Below are positions 35,335 to 47,380 of a stretch of 64,000 nt of DNA, piece after piece (positions within the stretch are counted from its first letter, which is position 1; each line of letters starts with the position of its first letter). The position numbers and the translations under genes are program-made. Where the stretch lies: NCBI RefSeq assembly GCF_009914755.1, contig NC_060926.1, one strand, 5' to 3'. Origin of the DNA: the human T2T-CHM13v2.0 reference genome, Homo sapiens. Below the pieces are notes generated by a model. The model worked only from the letters and a program-made list of their open reading frames with translations. It searched no databases and was not told the origin of the DNA.

Positions 35335-35818
35335 AAATTGGTAAAGATTGGCTTAATTGAACTGCGTTAAAACAATATCATTTATAAATTGCATCAGTGA
35401 TATAAGCTAACCAGGAATAAGGCTAATGAAAACTATACAAGATCCATTCTCAGAAAACTCTAAAATAGTATTGAAAGAAATTTTTAAAGACCTAAATAAA
35501 TAGAATGACATGCTGCGCTCATCGTACTTGAAGGTTCAATATTTGTTAACGTGTCACTTTCCCCCAATTGTCACATAAATTAGTGCAATCTAAATTTTAA
35601 AATGAGTAAGTCTTGTGTATGAGGTTGAAATTGGCTGATTTAGAAACTGGTATGGAAATACAAAGAGCCAAGACCATCCAGGGTAAACTTGAAGGAATAG
35701 AGAAAAGTCGAGACTGTATATCAAGACTTATCCATAAAGCTAAAATATTTAATATAATACAGCATTGGCACAAGGATAGACAAATAGTCCAATGGAACAA
35801 AACAGTGAGTCCGGAAAC

Positions 35819-35854
<36 letters not shown>

Positions 35855-35962
35855 AGAGAGAGAGAGAGAGCCTTGATTTATGACAAAGGTAGCACTGTAG
35901 AGTATCTGAGACAAGAATATTCTTTTAATAAATAATGCCTGTTCAACTGGCTATCCAAATGG
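35335..35962 (+). mobile_element. Old L1M ORF2 fragment in the opposite orientation, with (TA)n(GA)n at 35821-35870
   Basis: ORF 35613 ...WHKDRQIVQWNKT is L1 ORF2-like; atttatgacaaaggt, aactggctatcc. Confidence 0.75.
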
Positions 35963-36384
35963 GCACTCATTCTTCTGAATTTTCCTTTCTTTCTATTTAA
36001 CAGTGTACTTTAGCACTTTCCATATAAACACAAGTAAATCAAATTTATTTTTGTTTTCACTGTCCCCTCTGTCTTCAACAAATAACTCATTTTTAACAGC
36101 CATAGAATAGGTCACGGGATAAATATATCTCAACACATTCACTCATTCCTGTCTTGGTTAATATTTAGCTTTTTTCCAGTTTTTTGCCCCTGTGGATACT
36201 TTTGGAAGTATATCTATCATATAATATTCTAGAAATAGAAAGCTACATCAAAAGTTGTGTGTGAATTTAATTGACATATTTCCCTTCAAGAAAGGCCACT
36301 GCTAAGTATGCTTTTACCAAGAGTTCATGAAAAGTGCCCAGAGTGCAACATAAATGACAGATGTTCCATATTTGTTCCACTTTT

Positions 36385-36674
36385 TTATTTTTTATTTTTT
36401 TGAGATGGAGTTTCACCCTTGTTTCCAAGGCTGGAGTGCAATGGCGCAATCTTGCAACCTCCTCCTCCCAGGCTCAAGCATTTCTCCTGCCTCAGCCTCC
36501 CAAGTAGCTGGGATTACAGGTGCATGCCACCACACCTAGCTAATTTTTTCATATTTTTAATAGAAATGGGTTTCACCACGTTGGCCAGGCTGGTCTCGAA
36601 CTGACCTCAAGTGATCTGCCTGCCTCGGCCTCCCAAAGTACTGGGATTACAGGCATGAGCCACCATGCCAGGCC
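36385..36674 (-). mobile_element. AluS with a small internal deletion
   Basis: Reverse Alu; 16-bp TSD tatttgttcc(a/c)ctttt at 36369 and 36675. Confidence 0.96.
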
Positions 36675-37469
36675 TATTTGTTCCCCTTTTACTGTTCATG
36701 ATTTGCAAAGGCCTTTGAGAACAAATTTAATCACACTAACCACCAATAAGTTAGAATGAAAGTAATGCCTCTTCTGCAGAGATTAAAGTAAGAGCTCATG
36801 GAGCAAACAGGGTAAGCCACTCTATGATCTGCATGCAAAAGTGTCTCAGAGTAGGAATAGTGAAAGCACAGAAACACTCTTCTGGTAAAGAATTAGAAAG
36901 CCACTGGACCAGAAGCCAGACTTGGGCTCAGTGGAAAATGCTAACTCAAGAGGCAATATGCTGACTAGGAGTAAAATGTTCTCACCTTCTATGCTGATTA
37001 AATTATACCCAATTGCCAGAGACTGACTAAATTGTCATGTGATCAAGGAATTCTGTAGTATTGGATATTGCGTGGTATTTAAATAAGTGGGTCATCTGCT
37101 GGGGTGCAGAAATCTCATTAAAGCTTTTCACTGGAATGGTATTTTTGTAACTGAATTAGACTTTTATTACACCCAAGCAGTTCAGCTAGCATTGTCTCCC
37201 TTGTATAAAATAACTCCCTTTCTCAAACTATACAAATTCTTTTCCTCATCTTTCAAGGTTCATCTCCAGTCCCATTTTCTCCTCAAATACTCCCCTTGAA
37301 ATTCCATTCCATGTTGTCAGAATTGTTCTTACAATTCGTGGTTGCACTTTCAGTACAGTTTTCTTTGACTTTTTCCACATCTAATTGTGACATGTACATG
37401 CACATGTAGTTTTCAAAAATTTGCTATGAGAGAGGGATGAGATGGGAAACTCCCTTGAACTTTTTATGT

Positions 37470-37660
37470 GCTATGCACTTTTGCATCATATTTAATCTTC
37501 ACAGGTATTCCCTATGGTATGTATTCATATTTCCATTTTTCAGATGAGAAAATAGAATTCCAGAGATACTATATGCCTTGCTTTATTACACAGCTACTTA
37601 AGTGGCATCCTGGGATTCAAGCTCAAGTTAATTTTATTTCAAAGTCACTCATCATAATAT
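37470..37660 (-). mobile_element. MIR relic
   Basis: atttaatcttcaca...ccatttttcagatgagaaaataga...ctgggattcaa. Confidence 0.7.
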
Positions 37661-37929
37661 CTTTCCAAAGACTGCTCTCTATGCATTTTGTGTTACAGAA
37701 ATTGCATTTAGGAATTTGAATCTGTGATATCAGCACCACTGTCACCACTAAAGTGGAAGGAAAGATCATGGGCTTCAGGGAAAGAAAACTAGAGCTCTAA
37801 TCCTGGTTCTACCACGCTAAACACCAGTCTCTTCTCTAAGTAATACATACAAAGCCTATCCAACTACCAAAAGAGGCACCAGTCTGGAAGAAGTGCATTA
37901 ATGCATGCATTTTCAGAAGTACTCTTTAC

Positions 37930-38165
37930 ATAGTACTCACGTTGGGCTTTAGAGTAAAATCTGGTTTTGAAGATAGGATCTGCAACTCCTGGACCATGCT
38001 AACATCAGCAAGTTATTTAATTTCTTTAAAACACATATCCTCATCTGTAAAATGTATTTAATAATCACCACCTCAATGGATCATTAGAAGGATTAAATGA
38101 GGTTAAATACGAAAAGCTTTTAGCATATTTCTGGTCCATAGTAAGTGCTTCATCAAACTATCATT
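37930..38165 (+). mobile_element. MIR relic
   Basis: gcaagttatttaatttct...tcctcatctgtaaaatg...gaggattaaatgag-like core. Confidence 0.75.
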
Positions 38166-40629
38166 TGTACTCATTCCCACTGGATTAATAGAAATTAGGC
38201 ATATATGCTAAGAGTACACTAATCATTGTGAATAAACATAAAAACTGATTAAATCCAAACCAAAAGTTTAGAAAATATAAAACTATTATTTTAATGTCCT
38301 TTAGTCTCGGTATCTGATATTCAGCAGGTCCAATACCAGAGTACTATTAGGTGATACTATAATACACAGCTGTGCAGCCAAAAGTATTTTTGAAAGTTTA
38401 AAAGAAAAAAAAATCACCTTTTCCTGAATTGACTAGAAAATACATTTATCTTATAAAGTTATCTCAGTCACTTTTTGTTTCATCACAAAATTTAGTAAAA
38501 TTATGTGTAAGGGGCACTGAAACTCAAGTAATAAACACACACACATTTTAAGATTTCTGTATATTAGCCAAGATAATAAAAACACAATTATGATGATTTA
38601 TTTTCTCTTTTGTCTGCATTAAGCAATAATAATAAAGCTAGACAGATCTAATCTCAGTAGAACTGACTCCGGTAAAAATGATGAACATAGACTTTATCTG
38701 TCTTGATAAGAATATTTTTAAAAAATTCTTTATATTTGTGCATAATTGTTTATATTGTGTGCATAATTGTTTATGCACAATTATTAGCGAACTTACAGCA
38801 TAGATGCCTGTTTTCTACTAATCCAGTAGGAATGAGTACAAATGATAGTTTTACAAAGCACTTACTGTGGGCCAGCAGTATGCCAAAAGAAAACACATTA
38901 TTTTTAGAGATGTTCCCATGTCAACATGTGCTCTAACATTTCTACAGAGATTTACAGTTGAAGTTTTCAGAGCCTTTGCATATGACATTATATTGTGGAC
39001 CCTTCTCCAGGGAAGAAATATATCAATATTTTTAAAGATTGCTTAAACAAATCAGAAGTACCTAAAGGATGCAGATTCGACTGACTTAAATCTCATCCCA
39101 AAAGCTTGTATACTTTTTTGCAAGAACCTCATTTGAATGCTGGCCTATCAAGTCAAGCACAGCTATTTCGAGGGAAAATAAAAAGGACCGCAGGAGTTAA
39201 ATCTGCTGTTCATTAACATGAAAGGAAATTTCTTGCCCCATTTAACTAATATCTTAGTTGGTACAGTGTGACGAACAAATTTTAGTTGCTAAAATCTATT
39301 ATACCTGCTTTAAATTGCATCTCCCTGTAGCCAGAGGCTCAATAGTTGGTTAAATTCAATTTGAGTTGCCACAGGCTGTTAATGAGTAGGTTTTCTATTT
39401 ATTCTCTTAATTGTTCTTTATCTAAATTATCACTGATGATGAAATCTTACATGCACTACATTCGCACATAATCAGAAGGTCTAAATAATTTTTCCCCTTC
39501 AGGATAATGATATGGAACTAAAGGCTCATAAAAATCTTTAGGGATGGTTTGTTTTGTGTTTTTATATGTGCAACATTTAATTGCAAATTAAACAATTCCA
39601 CTTGAACCTTGGTAGCATTAACAAAATATGGAAATAATAAATGAACAGAAAGTTATAATTACTAAGCCTATAGTAGGTGCCTAACAAATATATAAATATG
39701 TGCTGATTAAGTATCATAGTTGATTTCCAGCATTAGAAAGCCCTGCAAAACTTTTAAAACTCACAAGTTTTCTGTCTCAAGTACATCTTTGTAGATAATG
39801 TGTTATGTATATGACATGAATGTTGGAATTTCATTCTTAAATTAGTTACTGAGTTTATGATACAATAGCCACAGTAAAAATGAAAACAATGAATTGGGAG
39901 GGAAAATAGAATGTTCATCTATACCTATCACTTCCAGCAGAGGTCTCTAGAGAGCAACTAAAGTTATGGAAATAAGGGATATATGTTCAGTAATTTAAAT
40001 AGAAAATTTAACTCTTCAGCTTCATGTGAGCCCTTTCTTTTCACCCACGCCCCTTTCTCTTTTGATGTCTGTGCTCCTTCATCAGATAAAAGACTGTCTA
40101 AAAAACTGATCAGAAGTAGACACAAGAGAACAGGTTAATCCCAAGTGCACCGGTGTAATGTGTCACAAAACAGACAATGTAATTATCTCAGCAGCCTGTT
40201 TAACCAGCTAATTCGGCAGCTTTGCATACCAGGGGTGAGCTCATCTGTTCACTAGATAACCAGCCAGGACATTTTTCACCAAGATCACTACAGTTTTACA
40301 AAAGCTTGTAAAAGCCTAAGGATTTAGTGTTTCATTGAATGTGATTTAAGAGCTTTTTGCAATCTTTTATTTATAGGGAAGCAACAGACTAACAAAAAGA
40401 GGAAAATGCAGATGAGTATTGTACAAGGCTCAAAAGATGAAGTCAATGATGTAAATATCCATATGTGTTCACTGAAAATGAAATATCTCTCTCTTTACTG
40501 GGAATCTCGACTTACAGAAAAGTGATTTTGAGGGCAAAGACTTCTAAGCCCAGTTTTGCTTTTCTTAGAAGTACATTTCTTTGCCATTGAACACATTCTT
40601 CATTTTGCTACAATAACACTCTTTTGGGG

Positions 40630-40835
40630 AATCAGTGTGAGCATTAGAGTCACATTGACTCGGACTTGAATTCTGGTTCTTCATCCTTTTTGTCTTCTTG
40701 ATCTTGGGCAAGTTAGCTCCACAATTTCCTAATCTTTAAAATACTAATAATACATATTGCATGGTTACTGAGGGGCTTAAGTCATGTCAGGAAAATGCTT
40801 GGCACAAAGAGATAGCTAAATAAATAGTAAATACT
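40630..40835 (+). mobile_element. MIR relic
   Basis: ttgaattctggttct...tgatcttgggcaagtta. Confidence 0.55.
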
Positions 40836-41689
40836 ATTACATGAGACACACACATATATGTATATATATAAAATATTGTATATACACACATACAGGCACA
40901 TATATATATATACGTTTATATATACAAGTCAGTAACAAAAATTAACCAAAAACTCAGGAAACATATATTGTTACAAATTTTTTCCTTAAAATGACTATCC
41001 ACTGATCTCAGTGACAAAACCATGTCCAGCAACTAGCACAGGGCCCCAAGTGCTTAATAATATTTGTTGAATGAAATAAACATAACAGACTAGGGGAAGA
41101 AAATCACTGAAGAATATATAAAATTAGCCAAAAATATTGACAATATTTTAAAGTAGTGTGTTTTCCTATTCAATATTTTCAGTAAATTAAACTTTGAAAT
41201 CAAAGGACAGTAATTTCTATGTATAATAGCTTAGATGGAGCTTACACCTGTGATGTCACATGTCTCATCATTTGACATAGTTAAATGGCAATAGTGGCAG
41301 GAGAGTCCAAGTCTTAGACAATAATAAAAATAGCTTTGAAGGTGAGGGAAAGAAAAAGGAAGGTTCTGATTGAAAGTAAAGTCTGCAGAAGGGCCTGTTA
41401 TTACACCAAAGTGACAAGAAAAGCACAAATGAATTACATCTGAGGTGCAATATGCCAAAGTATATGGCATGGGAAAACTCCATAGCCAGGGGGATGGCCA
41501 GGAAATAGATTTAAGAAAAAGCCAACCACCATCTCCTAGGTTCATGTGAAATAGCTTCAACAGCAAGTTCAAAGCCAGGGAAAAACAAAGGCTCTCTGCC
41601 TTTAGCTTCCATTCTACTACCAACAGAGACTGTTCACACATCAGCCAAAATGCAACTTGGATTTTGCTGCTCCCCTTCTCTAAAACCTC

Positions 41690-42180
41690 CTGTAACCCTG
41701 CTATGATTGACCTCTCTACTTCTCTTAATTTATTTCAAAGCACTCTTCCCTTGACGTGCTCCACTGAGACCATATTGGCCTCACTGCCATCTTTTGACAA
41801 TAGCCTGAGGCATTTCTACCTACTATTAGCTGTCAGGAAGTCTATTCCTCTGACGTCTACAAGGCTTGCTTCCTCACCCCACTTCCTTCAGGTCCCTGCT
41901 CACATTTTACCCCTCACAAAGGCCTTTGCTGACCGCCCTTTCTAAAACTCCAACTCCAGTCACTCTCTGGTTTTTAATGCTGCTTAATTTTTTTCATAGC
42001 ACTCACTGGACCTCAGTTTTCTTTATTTATTTGCTCATAAATATACTCTCTATTATCCCACTGGAATTTTAGCTCAGGGAGGCCAGGAGTTTATTTTCTT
42101 CCCTGGTCTATCCCCTGTGCCCAGAAGTCTCTGGCACATAACAGTGACTTGGTACACATATTTGTCAAATGAATGGTGGG
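41690..42180 (+). mobile_element. L2 3' relic
   Basis: ccttcaggtccctgctcacatt...tggcacata...atatttgtcaaatgaatg. Confidence 0.75.
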
Positions 42181-43524
42181 AAAGGAGGACAGTAGCTGAA
42201 TGTCTGTGTTGCCACCACATTTTATTCAATCTAGTTCCATATTGTATCGTAATTATGAATTTCTATGACCTGGTGCCACCCTTAGTTTGTCAATTCCTTT
42301 AAGTAGTATGGGGTCTTCATCTTTGACTAAAGCATCTGGCACCCTGTGGGTCTTAAGAAAATAGTTGTCTAGCAAACAAAAATTTTAAAAATGAACAAAA
42401 AGCACTAAATAGTGAACTTTGGAAGTTTTTTAAAAGTTGAGAATCATAGTGTATTTCCAAAAGTAAACACATTACGGTAATATTATGATGTAAGAAGTCC
42501 AGTAACAGATATCTTTGTCTCAGCCATTAATGAAAAGTTTCGGGCACAGACTTCATGTTGTGCAATTTTCAATACACATCAAGAAGTGTCTCATTATTAT
42601 TATTCTTAACTTACAGGTGGGAAACCTGAAGAAAACACTTGTTAAGAATCCGGCCCAGAATTACAAAGCTAATAAGTGCCAGGACTTGAACCCCAGTCAG
42701 AGTAACCACTCTCTCGGAGTCCTACTCTTTAGACTGACCTTCTTGTATTTCAAATATAATTTTCCCCATTGCCTTTTATTATTAATACCATTGCCCATTT
42801 CTCTCTTTTAACAATCAAGTTAATATCACTAAATTTAAAACTTAATATATTGCAAAGTTTTGTTTGAATACCAAACTCTTAAAACATTTTAAATAATAAA
42901 TGTGTATCTCCCCAAAAGGGGGAATAGATTAACGAAGGTTAATGTTGTCCTTGGGGTGGTAGAATTTAAATTTCATGAGTCTCTTATGCCTATTTAAAAG
43001 ACAAAATAAATGTTACCATACTTTAGTAAAACCTGCATTTCAAGGCACTTCTATGATTTATGAATTTCTCTCCTGTAGAGAACAAGTGATACATAGCTAG
43101 AGTTTAATTCATTCCAACTCATCACATGTATTTTGTTACTCTATATCACCTTTCTAAATCAATAGGCAGCTGACATTGAGTACATGTATTTGGATTTGAA
43201 AAGGGACAAAAATTAGACTGTGAACTATTCCTTGTACAGGATTCTGTTAACATATTTTTATATAGTATCAGGTCAAACACCTTAACTCATTTTTTAAGAC
43301 TCATTGCCCAATATTCTTCAGCTCCTGTATAATTTAGTCTCATACTGTGCTTGCAGGCAATATTAATTTGCATGGGTTAAAAAGGGTCACTAGTTTATTA
43401 CTTAGTATCTGTATGGTCTTTGGCAAAGATAAAGTGTTATATAAATAGTGGCTGTGTGTCAAATTAAAAGTCCCTTCTTCAGAATCTTTATTTTTAAAGT
43501 TTTCTTAACTTTTTGTTATCAGGT

Positions 43525-43870
43525 TGATACGGTTTGGCTGTGTCCCCACCCAAATCTCATCTTGAATTCCCACGAGTTGTGGGAGGGATCCAGTGGGAAG
43601 TAATTGAATCATGAGGGCAGGTCTTTCCCGTGCTGTTCTTGTGATAGTGAATAAGTCTCACAAGACCCGATGGTTTTGAAAAATGAGAGTCTCCCTGCAC
43701 AAGCTCTCTCTTTGCCTGCCGCCATCCATGTAAGATGTCTCCTTGCCTTCTGCGATGATTGTGAGGCCTTCCCAGCCATGTGGAAATGTAAGTCCAACTA
43801 AACCTCCTTTCTTTGTAAAAACCTAGTCTCTGGTATGTCTTTATCAGCAGTGTGAAAACGGACTAATACA
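43525..43870 (+). mobile_element. THE1A-like MaLR solo LTR
   Basis: tgatacggtttggctgtgtccccacccaaatctcatcttgaattccca...atcagcagtgtgaaaacggactaataca; perfect 5-bp TSD caggt. Confidence 0.95.
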
Positions 43871-44659
43871 CAGGTCATTTATATAGTTTTATTCATAAAA
43901 CTTGTCATTTTAAGGTACTTTTATTCACATATTTATTCATTTACTCAACAAATATTTATTGAGAGTCTATTATATTCAAGCTTTGTGCACGCACTGAGAA
44001 TACAGTGGAAAAAACACAGACACAGAAAAACAATGTGCAAGGGCATTTTTGAATGCCATCATTATAAACTTGAATGAATAGTCAAGACTTCTTTGCATAT
44101 ATTGCACACAAGGCCAGGTCCTACAGTTAAAGGAAATGATGTAGTGCTTTGAAGGTTAAATCAATTCTCTCCACTAACTAGATTGCCACTTAAAAATATA
44201 TATAAAATGCATATACATTAGCTATTCAAATACCTGTGCCTATGAATGATAAAAACAATAACTATTGTTGAAAAAACAATAACTATCATAATATAGGATA
44301 TATTATATAGGATATATATATAGGTTGCTCAATATTTTGCTAAATTACTGAAGCAAATTGGAAATTTATTTCTATGGTGTTTTTAAAAAAGAAATTCTTT
44401 TCATCTTTTGGGTCATGGTTTAGATGTGTTTGGGATGAAAGGCAGAGAGATGGGTTAATTTTTGAACCAAAAATCATGGTATTCCAGGTAGAAGCAACCA
44501 TAAGAGCTGTGGCAAGGAGTCCAGATGCCCAGCAGAGCAGCTAATTCCAATTGGTTAGGGCATAATGGTAGTTAAGAAGAAAAGTGGGAGATAACACTGA
44601 AATCACAGCATGGCAGGGGTGTTGACAGCTGTGCCAGGAAGGTCAAGGAGTTTACAGTT

Positions 44660-46190
44660 ATTAAAAAAACTCATTTCAATCTTTTTCAACTTCATTGAGG
44701 TATAATTGATATAACAAAAACTGAACATATTTAACGTACACAATTTGATGAGTATGGACAGATGCATATACCCATGAAACCAACATCACAATCAAGGTAA
44801 TATACATATCCATCACTCCCAACTATTTCCTGTGTCCATCTGGTGTTTTGGTTTGTTTGCTTTATTTTGGGATAAGAGCACTTAACATGAGATCTACTTT
44901 CTTAACAGATGTTTTAAGTGCACAGTACTATATTGTTAACTATAGGCATGATGCTGTACAGCAGATCTTTAGAATTTATTCATCTTGCATAACTGAAACT
45001 TTATACTCATTGAACATCTCCCCATTTCCCCCTCCTCTCAGTCCCTAGAAGCCACCATTCTACTCTCTGCTTTGATTAATTTGACTATTCTAGACTCCAT
45101 ATATAAGTGAAATCATGCACTATTTGTCTTTCTGTGCTTAATTTATTTCACTTAGCACAATGTCTTCCAGTTTCATTCATGATGTCACAAATGACAAGAT
45201 TTCCTTCGTTTTTAAGACTAAATAGTGTTTCATTGTATGTATATAACACATTTTCTTTATTCTTTCATCTGTAATAGACATTCAGATTCCTACTATACCT
45301 TGGCTATTGTGAATGATGCTGCAATAAACATAGGAATGCAAATATTTCTTTGAGATCCTGATTTCAATTATTTTGGATATAGATCCAAAAGTGGGATTGC
45401 TGAATCTTATGGTAGTTCTATTTTTAAGTTTTTGAGGAGTCCCCATACCATTATTCACAGTGGCTGCACCATTTTACATTCCCACCAATAGCTTACAAAT
45501 GTTCCAATTTCTCCACATCCTTGCCAATACTTGTTATCTTTCTTATTTTTAATAATAATTAAAATTTGGTACATATACACCATGAAATACTACTCAGTCA
45601 TAAGAAGAATGAAATCATATCCTTTGTAGCAACATGGATGCTGCTGGAGGCCAATATGCTAAGCAAATTAATGCACAAACAGAAAATAAAATCCTGCATG
45701 TTCTCATTTGTAAGTGGGGGCTAAACCTGTACATGTAATCCCTGAGTGTAAAATAAAGTTGAAAAAAACAATAACTATCCTAACAGGAATGAGGTGATAT
45801 CTCATTGTGGTATTGACTAGCATTTCTCTGATGGTTAGTAATGTTGAGTACATTTTCATATACCTGTTGGCCATTTCTATGTCTTTTTTCCTTTGTCCCT
45901 TTTAAAATTGTTTTTTTTCTTTTTTAAAACTATTGAGTTGTAGCAGTTCCTTTATATTTTGGATATGAACCCCTTATCAGACATATGGTTTACAAATATT
46001 TTTCCCAAAATATAAGTTGCATTTTCATTCTGTTGATTATTTCCTTTGCTGGGCAGAAGTCTTTTGGTTTGATATAGTCTCACTTGTCTATTTTTGCTTT
46101 TGTTGTTTGTGCTTTTGGTGTCACATCCAAGAAATCATTGTTAAGACCAAAATTAGAAACTATGAGTTTTAGTTCCTGGTCTTATGTATA
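44660..46190 (-). mobile_element. L1MA/MB-type 3' segment (sense part of a twin-primed element)
   Basis: Reverse L1MA 3'UTR: ttgaggtataattga, tacaatttgatgag-like, catcttgcataactgaaactttatac; runs back to ggtcttatgtata. Confidence 0.9.
45560..45768 (+). mobile_element. Short L1PA15/16-like 3' fragment nested in the L1MA
   Basis: tggtacatatacaccatgaaatactac...aaacctgtacatgtaatccctgagtgtaaaataaagttgaaaaaaa. Confidence 0.75.
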
Positions 46191-47380
46191 ATACACTATG
46201 ACCAAGTGGGATTTATCCCTTGGATTCAAGGATGGTTAACCATGTACACATCAATAAATGTAATACACCACATGAACAGAACAAAGGATAAAAATTACAT
46301 GGTATTCTCAATAGATGCAGAAAACAGCATTTGACAAAACTCAATACCTTTTCATGATAAAAACTATCAACAAATTAGGTATAGAAGTAATTTACCTTAA
46401 CACAATAAAGGCTATATATGATAAGCCCACAGCTAACATCATACTCAATGATGAAAATCTGAAAGTTTTTTCTCTAAGATAAAAAAAGAGACAAGGATAT
46501 CCACTCTCACCACTTCTAATCAACATAGTACTGGAAATCCTAGACAAAGCAATTAGGCAAGAAAAATAAAAAGCAAACAAATAAGAAAGGAAGAAGTAAA
46601 ATTATCAATGTTTACAGATGACAGGATCTTATGTAGAAAACTTTACAGACTCCACCAAAACCTGACAGAACTAATAAGTGAATTCAGTAAAACTGCAGGA
46701 TACAAAGAAAACATACAAAAAACAGTTGCATTTCTATACTCTAACACCAAACTATTAAAAAAGGAAATAAATGAAACCATTCTATTTACAATAGCATCAA
46801 AATGATAAAATGCTTAGGAATAAACTTAACTGAAGGTGAAGGACATATGCACTCAAAACTATAAAACATTCATGAAAGAAACTAAAAAAGACACAAATAA
46901 GTGGAAAGATTTCAATGTTTCTGGATTGTAAGATGTACTACTCTTAAAATGTCCATACTACCCAATGTGATCTGCAGATTCAACGCTATCTCCATCAAAA
47001 TCTCAATGGCAGTTTTTACAGAAATAGAAAAAACAATCTTAAATTAATGTGAAACCAGAAAGATTACAAATAGACCAAACAATCTGGAGAGGGAAGAATA
47101 AAGCTGGAAGATTCACACTTTCTGATTTTAATACATATTAAAAAGCTATAGTAATCAAACAAGTATGGCACTAACATAAATACACTATATAGACCAAAGG
47201 AACAGAATACAGAGCTCAGAAAAAAAACGTATGCATATACAGCCAACTGATCTTTGGCAAAGGTGCCAAGAAGACACAATGGAGAAATTATAGTGTCTTC
47301 AACAAATTATGTCAGGAAAACTAGATCTCCACATGCAAGAGAATGTAACTGGACCCTCATCTTGTACCATACACATAATT
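46191..47380 (+). mobile_element. Inverted ORF2 segment of the same L1MA (RT region)
   Basis: atgaccaagtgggatttatccc...; ORF 46608 FTDD (RT motif); ends ggaccctcatcttgtaccatacac. Confidence 0.9.
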
